NCBI GenBank assembly: GCA_030390025.1
Contig: CM059432.1
Coordinates: 91,328,001 to 91,392,000 of the forward strand
Source of the DNA: Squalus acanthias
Taxonomy: Eukaryota
DNA: 64,000 nt
Direction of reading: 5' to 3'
Positions 39,913 through 50,403 of this stretch are shown here, piece after piece. Position 1 is the first letter of the stretch. Every line of letters begins with the position of its first letter. The notes below the pieces were generated by a model. It made no database searches and was not told the origin of the DNA. It worked only from the letters and a program-made list of their open reading frames with translations. The position numbers and the translations under genes are program-made.

Positions 39913-42900
39913 TGTGTGTGAGGAATCCAAAGGTGTGAACTTGCACTCTGCCACTCTGGCTCAGAGTCTAATGTGTTGATCAAGGTTGGCCTAGATTTTT
40001 TTTAATGTTCAAAAAAAGTACTGCAATGCACTATGTTTTTTAGGTTATTCATAAAAGAACATGTCTCAACAGCTCAACAGGATTGAGTATTAGTTGTGGA
40101 AACATGAATTCCTAAGACCAGAAGTTCCTGCAGGATATTAGTTCAAAAGATTTGTGTGATTTTAGCAGGAATAAGTTGACAAAAATGAGAGACAGAAAGA
40201 GAGAGACTTCCACCATATTATAGGATGAGGCAGGGATTGCTGACACTGAAGAATGTTCAAAGGCAATACTTGTGATTGTGTAGCAAAAACTGTGCAAAGT
40301 CCCTGCTACCTCCTGCTCTTCCCCACATCTTAAGACATGGTACTCATTTTATTCATCTCATTAGCATGAAAGGCAGAGTGAACTTGACCAGGATTCAAAC
40401 CTTGGATCCTCTGGCCTTCGGTCAGGTAACTGAGCTACCCATAGATGTTCTGCATTACATGTACACAGAACAGATAATTTTGTAAAGGATGATAAGTATT
40501 CTATATTATTATAAATATAGGTACTATACAATATTTAACATATTTATAAGACTTTAGAAAATGTAATCAAATGAATTTCAAAGAGTTTGACTGTAAGTAA
40601 AGCTAACATACAAAAAGTACTCAAACATTATGATCCTGCTACTAAAATAATAGCTAAAACATGATTGACCTTTTTCATAAGGTACTCTGACATCCGAAGG
40701 GTGATTTTCTTGCCCCTCACGCCTATGTCCAGGCTTTAGCCAGGTAGAGTGCCTATTCCCTGGAGATGGGAGAGGAAAGTCAGCTGTGCAACAGTAATGG
40801 CCATTGGCTGTATGGCCTTCTGGCTGCTGTTTCAAGCAGCAGCCAGATGGCCTCCAGGCCCAAAGATGTTGTCTGTACTTTTTACCCAGCTGGATATTCT
40901 TGCTACCGGCTCCTCTCAGATCTTTCAGTTTAAAAGGGGCTGTACACGTGGACAAAGGGTCACTGTTTTCTGGGTTATTCTCCAAATTGAACATTCCCCT
41001 GGGAGCAAAACCGTAGCCTAGAAAAAACTGAGATATTACATTGTCTGCTATTTTCACGGAGGCATGAATCAAATAAATGTTAAGTATTTGTACAGTAATA
41101 TTGCCCAGCATAATATCTAGGCTCGTGCGTTAAAGATGCAAAAGGCCCCAGATTGAAATCATGTTGTAAATGTTGTGTGGGAGCATCTAGTGGCAATAAG
41201 TATTAAAGCAGCTGGTGATGCAGTGTTGAAAATATGGGTCTAGAAATTACTGTATATATTAACACACAAATGTTAAATGCATTTGTATGAAATTTTATTT
41301 CAATGGAGACATTAACCCTTTCAGCTTAACCTACTAAATACAAAATAATTTCAAGTGCATTTTTTTTTTAAAGGGGTATGTAACATTGATCACTTGACCC
41401 CTCCCTCCTTGGCTTTCAATGACAGATTTCTCCATCTACCTTCATCACCTTTCCCCAGTGATCTACTTCCTTTGCACTGCCCTATCATAATTCGATTTCT
41501 ATCTGTCCCAAGCTAATCTGTATATATTCTCAACTGGCTTGTCTTTCATGCCCACATGTGCACCTAGGGCTCTATCTTTGGCTCCTTCCTATTCCTTATC
41601 TATATACCATCCCTTTGTGAAACTATCTATTAGCTTTGGGTAGGCTTCCATACATAGATTAAGCATTATGGCTCTGGTATTACTTTCTGTAGCACCTGGT
41701 GGAATTCTCAGTCCCTAGGCATGACAGAGAAAAGGAGATGGAGAATTTCCCAGGACTTCCAAGGCTTCCACAAATGGGTGGACCTTGGCTAGCATTTGAA
41801 TCATATGCAGAGCCAGCAGATCCATAACAATGAGGCTGGCGGACGTGTTTCCGGCCCTCTGATCTCAAATTCCTCTACTTAAGAACAATGGGTGTTAAAT
41901 TCCAGTGACATCCCAAGAAACTGGCAGTGGACCTTGCACCTGAAACCTCCTCATATTGGAGCAAGGTGAAGAGAACCACCAGATCTTTGGCTTTCTAGCT
42001 GGTGTTCTTCTGCTGCCAAAAGGACTTAACGCTGGTGGCCAGGCCCGCAGCTGCAGGCCTATCTATATTTGTTCCCCTATTTCCCAGCGCAAGATCCTGC
42101 CAGGCAGCAGGCCTATGCTTGGAGTATGTACAGGCCATAAAAATTCAGACAAATGATGGCCTAGACAGGCAGAGTGCACTTCAGATGCATACCTCCTAAC
42201 ATTGGATGGGGAGCAATATTGGGGATGGCCTCTCAACTGTACAATCCATGACTACTAATATCCTGTCCAACTGACTTTCCAACATTAAGCTATGAATGAG
42301 CCAGGACTTTCTATGGCTTAATGTTGGAAAGACTAGAGCCATCCTGTTTAGCTGCCATAAGAAACTTCTCACCTTAGTTGCTAATCCCAACAACCTTCCC
42401 AGCTGCTCTCTCAAGGTGAACCCAACAGTGCACAACTTCAGTTCCTGAGCTGAGCTTCAAACTTCTCGGCCAAAATCGTCCACTATTCTAGGAGAGCAAA
42501 GATGACCTGTGACTTCTTTCCTCCACTACCAACCTTCTCCTTAAACACCTCTCTCCTGCCCCGCTACCCTCACATCTAACAATAAGTGCAAGGAGCTCCT
42601 GGACTTCTTTGTCATAACAATAGAGACCAAGGGGGAAAAATTTGGTTGCTTTGCGCCTCCCGTTAGCGTCCTAAGAGGGCGCTAATGGGGCGCAAAGCAA
42701 CTAGCGCCTGGGCGCGGCGATGTTTGCGCCGCTCGTGAAATTGACTAGAGTTTTTGCGGCGGCACAAGTCTACCGCCCCAATCTCCTGCACCCGCAGATC
42801 ATGTCAGTCGAGCGTGCAACGCCCCGGACCGGATATTGAGTGGCGCCCCCCTCTTTTTTGCCTGCCGCAAGCAACGACAGAGAGACTGGAACGTTTTCCA

Positions 42901-42920
42901 GTTGGTGAGGGGCTGGGGGG

Positions 42921-44258
42921 ATGCTATTTAAAGGCGCCCTCTTCCTGCCTTTTTTTGTGGTAGACATTTTTGCACCACTCATTCTGACAGAGAGAGATTC
43001 TGAGAGAGAGACAGACGTCTGCATAGAGTCAACGCTGTGTGAAGTAGTTTTGGCTACTGAGCATCACTTTGCAGGTTCTTTTGGATTTGACCTTCATTAC
43101 TTCAACTGTCAAGAGACTGTGGGGGCTGCACTGATACGGGGCGTCGTCCTGCGCCTGCAGAATCGGAGGCAACAGAGACGCAGAGAGAGAGTGGCAATCA
43201 TGGCCAGACAGAGGAGGGCCAACAGGCCTCTGCACAGGAGACCTTACCCTCCCAGGGTATTCCGGGAACAATTCTCCTACATTTATTTGTCTGAGGAGCA
43301 GTGTTTGCGCAGGCTGCGCTACAGCAAGGAGGTGGTCACTGAGCTCTGCCACTTGCTGCAGCCAGATCTGCAGCCTCAACTGAGGACCAGGACGTCTCTG
43401 TCGGTGGCAGTGAAGGTCACAGTGGCTCTGAATTTTTATGCCACCGGTTCCTTTCAAGCAGCTACTGGGGACATCGCCAATATCTCCCAGTTCACGGTCC
43501 ATTGCTGTATCCGGGAGGTCACAAATGCCCTCTATAACAGGAGACGCCAGTACATCTCTTTCCCGATGACCCGGGCCAAACAGCATGAATGCGCATTGGG
43601 CTTTGCGAGGATAGCGGGCTTCCCCATGGTGCAGGGCACCATTGACTGCACGCATGTGGCATTGCGGGCACCGCATTACAATGCACATGGAAACCGCAAG
43701 GGGTTCCACACCTTAAATGTCCAGTTGGTCTGTGACCACAGACAGCTGATACTCGCTGTCAATGCTCGCTATCCTGGCAGCAGCCACGATGCTTTCATCC
43801 TGAGCCAGACTGGTGTGGCAGACCTTTTCCAGGCACCGCATCAGCCAAGTGGTTGGCTCCTCGGGGACAAGGGTTATCCACTCTGCACCTGGCTGATGAC
43901 ACCGTTCCGTAACCCCAACACTCCTGCTGAGCTGCGGTACAATGAGAGCCATCTCGCCACCAGGAACATCGTTGAGCAGACGATCGGCGTGCTCAAGCAA
44001 TGGTTCCGCTGTCTGGACCACTCAGGAGGAGCCCTGCAGTACTCACCTGAGCGAGTCTCCCTCTTCATAGTTGTGTGCTGCATTCTTCATAACCTGGCAA
44101 TCCTTAGGACCCAGCCAATGCCACCAGGCCTTGGAGCACCACCGGAGGAGGAGGAAGAGGAGGAGGATGATCAGCAGCAGCACCAAGGCGGGAGGGAGGC
44201 CCACAATGTTGAAACTGCAAGGGCCGTCCGTCAATGGCTGATAACAAGCCGCTTCTAG
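42921..44258 (+). CDS. Harbinger DDE transposase (HARBI1-like). True start probably ~43120-43200.
   Basis: Uninterrupted ORF with GTIDCTHV, NRKGFHTLNVQL, PGSSHDAFI, LLGDKGY, RNIVEQTIGVLK and CCILHN. Confidence 0.93.
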   Translation: MLFKGALFLPFFVVDIFAPLILTERDSERETDVCIESTLCEVVLATEHHFAGSFGFDLHYFNCQETVGAALIRGVVLRLQNRRQQRRRERVAIMARQRRANRPLHRRPYPPRVFREQFSYIYLSEEQCLRRLRYSKEVVTELCHLLQPDLQPQLRTRTSLSVAVKVTVALNFYATGSFQAATGDIANISQFTVHCCIREVTNALYNRRRQYISFPMTRAKQHECALGFARIAGFPMVQGTIDCTHVALRAPHYNAHGNRKGFHTLNVQLVCDHRQLILAVNARYPGSSHDAFILSQTGVADLFQAPHQPSGWLLGDKGYPLCTWLMTPFRNPNTPAELRYNESHLATRNIVEQTIGVLKQWFRCLDHSGGALQYSPERVSLFIVVCCILHNLAILRTQPMPPGLGAPPEEEEEEEDDQQQHQGGREAHNVETARAVRQWLITSRF

Positions 44259-44570
44259 GTCCCTACTCAGGAAATGGCTTCTGGCATGGAGAACAACATG
44301 ATGGAAAGCAACCCGCAACCCCTATAGCCGGCCAAGGCAGCAATGATTCCAAAGGCCAAAAATGTACATTTTGAATACAACAACTTTTTTATTTTACAAA
44401 TTCTGTGTGTGTCATTTCTTCATGACAAACTAATAGAAACAAACACAAAAAATCATTAATTAACATAACTGGTTCTCACAACCTGAAGATAATGGCCAAA
44501 ACACTAAACAAAAGTTTTAACATGAACCTCGGCCTTTAACAAAAACATTCCCAACATTTCGTCAGACCTC

Positions 44571-46373
44571 CTACTTTTTGCCCTTCGAGGGTGAACTCCT
44601 TCCCTTGCCCACTTCCCCCCTTCCCACCCGACTGCTCCTCCGTAATGGGGCCCCAGCGGCTGCAGCAAGGCTGGTGGAAGGCAGCTGAATGTCAGAACCT
44701 GAGACTACAGATGCCCTTGAAGGATGGCCTCGACCAGCTCTGGGCCTGGAGGGCCCGGCTGCAGACTGCACCAACTCTGCATGGGTGGCAGCAGTCTGGG
44801 CTACAGGCGGTGGCAAGTGCAATGAGGAAGTGACAGTGGTGGCAGCAGGAATGCTGTCATCTTGAGAGAGGACAGCACCTCCCTGCTCGACCAACACACT
44901 GGCACTCCCGCGGGGCAGCACTTCAGCATCCGGAGCAATCTGCTGGAGCACAGATTGCTGGCCTGCTGCGGCGCGGTGAGAGCCCCGGGGAAATGTGTCT
45001 GAACCAGCGACGATGGCAGCAGTCAGTGCTTGCGTGGCCTCAATCTGAGACTGCATGAGATTGGATCACGGCAGCCAGTGACTGAATTGCAGCACTAAGC
45101 ATTTGCATGGCATCCGCCTGTGCTACAGCGTACTGCTCCACACTCGTTGCCAGTGCATCAATGCATTCAGGCACCCTTCCCACTGCACCCATGAGCTGAG
45201 TGTGCATGTCCACTGCCTGGGTGTTCATTTCAGTGATGAGCAGCTCCTCCTCTGCGTCCAGTGCAGCAGGGCTCGCTGGCCTACTCTCCCTCCGGGGAGA
45301 AGGCCCCCGAGCTTCCCTAGCCACATCGCGTTGCTGCATCCCGCTGGGTCCCAGAGCTTCACCCTCATCAGACCTTTCCCCCCTGCTCCCCTCCAGGGAA
45401 GACGTGGTCCCAGTGTGGGCATGGGCTTCCTCGGGAGAGGGTGGCGCTGAGGCTCCGGCTTCCTCTTCGCCTGCGGCTTTACTCCCACTGGCAGCTTCAG
45501 GGCCCGTCTCCTCAGCTGGTGAATCACCATCTGAAAGCAGGGAGGTACAAGAGTGGCTTTAGTGTGAGGACAGGGGGGCAGTAAGGGAGGAAGGAGTGGA
45601 GCGATTTAGTAAGTTGGATTGAAAGTGTCAAAGGCTGGTGTTGTGAGCGACAAGGGGAATGAGAGAGGAGAGAAAGCTGATGACCTTACCATTGCTGTCC
45701 CAAACGGGGTCGGCCTCTCCAGGGGCGACAGGACCGATCACCTGGCTTGCCACAATCCTGTGGCCGCACGCCTCAAGATCGCTGAGGGGTTGCAGCTGAG
45801 GTCGCCCTCCACCCGTCCGTTGCTGCTGTCTCCTGTTATGAGATAGCTTGGCCTGCAAGAAAAAGGACGGCGTCTGAGTAAATATACAGCCATGGTCTTG
45901 CCTGATGTGCCTCCCATAGTTGAATAGCCCTTATTCTATGCAGCCATACTCTTGCCTGATGTGCCTCCCATAGTTGAATAGCCCTTACTGTATGCAAGTA
46001 GTGGAATGTGCGTGTATGTTTTATGAGAGGGCCATAGGTGTTGGATGAGTGTTGGGCATTGTGGTTTTAAGACCCTCTGGCCATAGAGTGAGGTTGAGAT
46101 GGAGGGATAGAGAGGTATTGAAAAACAGCCACTCACCCTGACGACCCGAGTGAGGTCGTTGAACTTTTTGCAACATTGTGTATGGGTCCTGGGCACCAAG
46201 CTCCTGGAGGAGACGCTCTGAGCCACCTCCCTCCACACTCTTCTGTAGTCGCGCGGTAAAGGCCTCCTGCCACTCTCAGGGTAGAGTATAGATCTTCTGC
46301 GCTCCACCGCGCCAACCAGAGCCTCCAAGACCCACTCGCTGAAGCGCTGAGCTCGTTCTCTCACCCTCTCCAT
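44571..46373 (-). pseudogene. Harbinger Myb/SANT-like gene, 3 exons (46373-46137, 45852-45690, 45530-44571), one frameshift near 45056
   Basis: Canonical GT/AG junctions with compatible phases (0, then 1). Encodes QRFSEWVLEALV...WREVAQSVSS...RTHTQCCKKFNDL and QRTGGG, followed by a low-complexity/helical exon 3. Confidence 0.88.
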
Positions 46374-46736
46374 AGTCCTTGGCTGGAAAATTTAGGCACA
46401 GGTCTCTCCAGGCCGAGATTCAAGGCTCCCATGAGTAGGGTGTGGCTGGAGAGCAAGATCGACCCTCCCTTTAAGAACTGGCCGGCGCCAGTGTGTCTGT
46501 GTTCCATCGCTAACTGACATCACCTGCGCTGCGCCCGTGCTCTGAGTTAGCGCCTCGCTCCTCGGCCTTTGCGCCTTAAGACAGGTGTGAAGCGCCTGAT
46601 TTAGCGCTCCAATCACCTCCAGGGGCGATAAAAGCCAAGTTTGCAGTTGGAGGCGATAATTGGCGCCAGGCGCTAAACTTTGCGCCCGGCCGATAATTGC
46701 GCCCCAAACGGGGCGATACCAAATTTCTCCCCCCAA

Positions 46737-48297
46737 GCATTTATCTGCCTCTATTGCTTCCTATCTTCCCCTTACCCATCAAGCTAAACCTCTTGTAAGC
46801 CCCTGCTGCCTTAGTCTTAAACCCGTCTCTCTCTAGTTTCTCCCCAACTCCCCCCATTCCCTCTTTGAGCTCACCTCATCAATGAGATGCACCTTCTGCT
46901 CCCTTGATTCCATTCCTACTAAACTGCTGACCACCCAACTTCCCCTCCTAGATCCCTTTCTAGCTGACAATGTAAATGGTTCCCTCTTCTCAGACACTGT
47001 ACCTTAGTGTCCCCCTCCATTTCAAAATCATTATCCCCCCTCCTCAAAAATATCCACCCCCCACCCCTCTGTCCTTGCAAACTACTGTCCCATCTCTAAC
47101 CTACCTTTCCTGTCCAAAGTCTTTGAATTTACTGTTGCCTCCCACATTCATGCCAATCTCCCTGTTTGAATCTCTCCAATCAGTTCCTCCCTCCCAGCAC
47201 CCAAACAGCCCTAACCATAGTCACAAACAATATTCTCCGTGAATATGAATGTGGTGCATTATGCTTCCTGTCCTCTCTGCAGCTGTTGACATGATCGACC
47301 ACACTATATTCCTGTAACATCTCTACTCCATTGTCCAGCTCGGTGATTTTGCCCTCATTTAGTTCCACTCTTACCTATGCAATTGTAGCCAGAGCATTTC
47401 CAGCAATGGCTTCTCCTCCAACCCTCGCACCATCAACTCCAGAGTCCCCCATGGATCTTTCCTTGGTCCCCTCCTCTTCCTCAACTACATGCTGCCCTTT
47501 CGCAACATCATCCGTAGACACGAGATTCATTTCGGATATAGCTGATGACATCCAGCTCTACCTCTGCACCACCTCTCTCCAGCCCTCTACTGCCTCTGTG
47601 TTGTAGTGTTGAATGAGTTGCAATTTCCTCCAGCTTAATATTGAGAAAACTAAAGCCATCGTCTTTAGCCTGTCACAAACGTTGTATCCTTGCTAACAAC
47701 TCCATTCCTCACCCCAGACTGTTCACAACCTCAACTTCTTATTCAACCTCAGATGAGGTTCTGACCTCATATCCTCTCCATCACATAAACTACCTACTTC
47801 CACCTCCATAACATTTCCCACCTACACCCGTACCTCAGCCCATATGCCACTGAAACACTCATCGATAACTTTGGCACCTCTAGACTCAACTAATTCAATG
47901 CTCTCCTGGCTGGCCTCCCATCCTCCATCATACGGAAACTTGAGCTTATTAGAATCTCTGTTGCCCATATCCTATTCCACATCAAATCCTACTCACCTAT
48001 TACCCATGTCTTCGCTGACCTAAATTGGCTCCCAGTCCTTCAACGTCTCAAATATAAAATTCTCATATTTGTGTTTAAATCCCTCCTCCAGCCGTTCCTT
48101 CAGCTGCCAGAAATCCCTCCGCCTCTCCATCACCCTCACCTCTTTTAAGACCCATTTTAAAACCCACTCTTTCACCAAACTTTTAGTCATCCCTCCTAAT
48201 ATCTCTAACTAGGCAGCCATTTTTTCAGATTTGGACTCTGTGAAATGCTTTGGGACCACTCTTCATGTTAAAGGCGCTATATAAATACAAGTTGTTT
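46737..48297 (+). mobile_element. Degenerate L2-clade LINE 3' portion (continues from ~42480-42630)
   Basis: Eroded RT motifs (GCTGATGACATCCAGCTCTAC = ADDIQLY). L2-type end TTAAAGGCGCTATATAAATACAAGTTG. Confidence 0.8.
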
Positions 48298-49519
48298 GTC
48301 ACTTCAAGGCTTAATTTCTCCAATGCACTCCTTGCTGATCTCCTGACCTCCAGTCTAATTTTCAGCTCTTCCAGAATTCTGACACGCTCCTAGACATCTA
48401 TCACCCATTGCCTTGCCAGCTTCAATTGGCTTCTGACCCTGAGCACATTCTTGTCCTAATTTTAAAAGCATTCCACAGCCTTGCTACTCCCAATATGTCT
48501 GGAGTCATATCCAGCGGAACAAAACTACAACTGCATTTTCACCACAATCAGTAGCAAGATTTCATTTTACTTATACAATTAACAGTCTCGCATCTTGCAC
48601 CACCCCTACTCCTTTTACAGATTCTGAGCCAAAAATACTGAGGGCCAGCTCCTTAATTCAGAACAGCTCCTTCAAATTGGGAAGACCCCCACCAGGGCAT
48701 GCTAGAGATAGTTGTAAGTAACCTTCACCTGGATATGCAGACAAGACATCCAGATGTTAGAAACTGATGAGCACTCAGACAGTGAAACCCCTGTGGCCTG
48801 TGCACATCTCTCCTTGAGCAAGTGCATTCCAATGCAGAATGCATGTAGTTTCAGGTGGCAGTGTTAGTTAAGAGCATATCTTTCAACATTTATATCTGAC
48901 AGTACAATCTCTTTGTATGTCCCACAAGACGTGTGCCCCTCAGCTTTTCTGCAACAACAAAAGAGTATGTAGAAGAGAGAAAAAGTCCTTCAAGCTTTGC
49001 GTACTGCATCAATGAGATTGCTACAGGCCACAATTCTGTTTTTTTGCCATGCAAACTATGCCTCAATTGTAATAAAGAATGCAAAGGTGGGTACTTTGGC
49101 TCTCCTAATACATAAAATATCTTTGTTTGTTCCCACATCCTCCCTTCACTATTTTCGCTATCTCTATCCTACAGCTTTAGAGCTGGATTTTCCTAAAGGG
49201 CAATTTCATTACCAGAGAAGGGTCTGGGCGGAGCTTCCGCCTGTTGCTCTGACCCTGCCTTGGGGTCAGAGCAGCAGGCGGAAACCTGTTTTCCTGCAAA
49301 TGTGAATTATTAAATATGCTGTTCGGATCCCTGGCACACAGACGGACCCCGCCACTGTTGGGCAGCAAAATTCAGGGATGCTGCAGTGGGAAAGAGCCAT
49401 GTTTAAAGGATGCAGATGTGCCCCAAAGATTTTTATTAAAAATTTAAAGTGCGGCTCTCTGTGAGCCACTGGTCATCTAGCTGAAGATCAAAGGTCTGAA
49501 GAGAAGCCCTTGCTTCCCT

Positions 49520-49880
49520 CAGAGCTTCCTCCAAGTGATGTTCAATATGGAGAAAATTGAGGGGGCAGAGGGTGCGGATCAACAGGGCATTTTGTTGGCC
49601 TTGTTTGACCTGAAGCCATGAGACTTCATGAGATGTGCAGTCACTGCTGTGGACTCCCAGAGTCACTCTCATCTGACCGTATACCACTGTGCCCAACTCT
49701 AGTGGATCTATCCTGCTGGTAGGATAGGACATACCCAAGGATGCTGATGGAGGAGTCTGGGATGTTGGCTGATAGATATGATTCTGTGAGTACAACTATG
49801 TCAGACTGTTGCTTCACTAGTCTATAGGACAGCTCTTCCAACTTCGGCACCAGCTCCCAGATGTTAGAGACTTTGCAAGA
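49520..49880 (-). mobile_element. LINE APE-endonuclease fragment
   Basis: ORF 49641-49850 reads DIVVLTESYL...ILGYVLSYQQDR. Confidence 0.7.
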
Positions 49881-50403
49881 TTAGGCTGATTGCCTTAGTC
49901 ATAACAAGGAATGACAAGGTAAGAGAAGTATATTTATAGGACTGGCCAATGATTTTGATCCTTCTCTCTGGCCCTTTGTCCTTTTCTGAGTTTTTGATTG
50001 AAAACTGTTTTTATTTTAAAGGGGTTTAATCCACAATCTGCCAATCAGCAGGGTGTAGCATCGCAGGTGCATCTTGAGAAATTATGGGTGCACAGCTAAT
50101 TTTAATGGACAGGAAATCATGGCCTGCACACTCGATTTCTCCAGAGAAGATCTCTATGAACACCACGCCCTGCGAGGAATGCTGGATTGTGGAATCACCC
50201 TTTAAATGAGGTCATGGATTTCTGAATAGCTAATGGAAGCTACATGACATGTATTACAACTCTTTGATATGAACTTACACAACCTCCAGTATTGGTTGTA
50301 ACAAACTCTACACATCCAGTGAATCACAGTAGGAAATGACTCGCCTCCTAATCTCCCAAATCTATGGATTCTATTTTACAATTGACCAATATTCAGACAC
50401 AGG

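Larger units (their letters stand above)
42631..46733. mobile_element. Full-length PIF/Harbinger transposon (4.1 kb) inserted in an L2 LINE
   Basis: TIRs GGGGGAAAAATTTGGT / ACCAAATTTCTCCCCC (one mismatch) and CAA TSD (42628-42630, 46734-46736). Convergent transposase and Myb genes. Confidence 0.96.

Noticed and set aside
42921..44258. Host HARBI1 gene
   Set aside because: It lies between TIRs with a TSD and is paired with a Myb gene, so it is a transposon copy rather than the domesticated gene.
48890..49138. Short ORFs in unique sequence
   Set aside because: No recognisable homology or splice-phase support.
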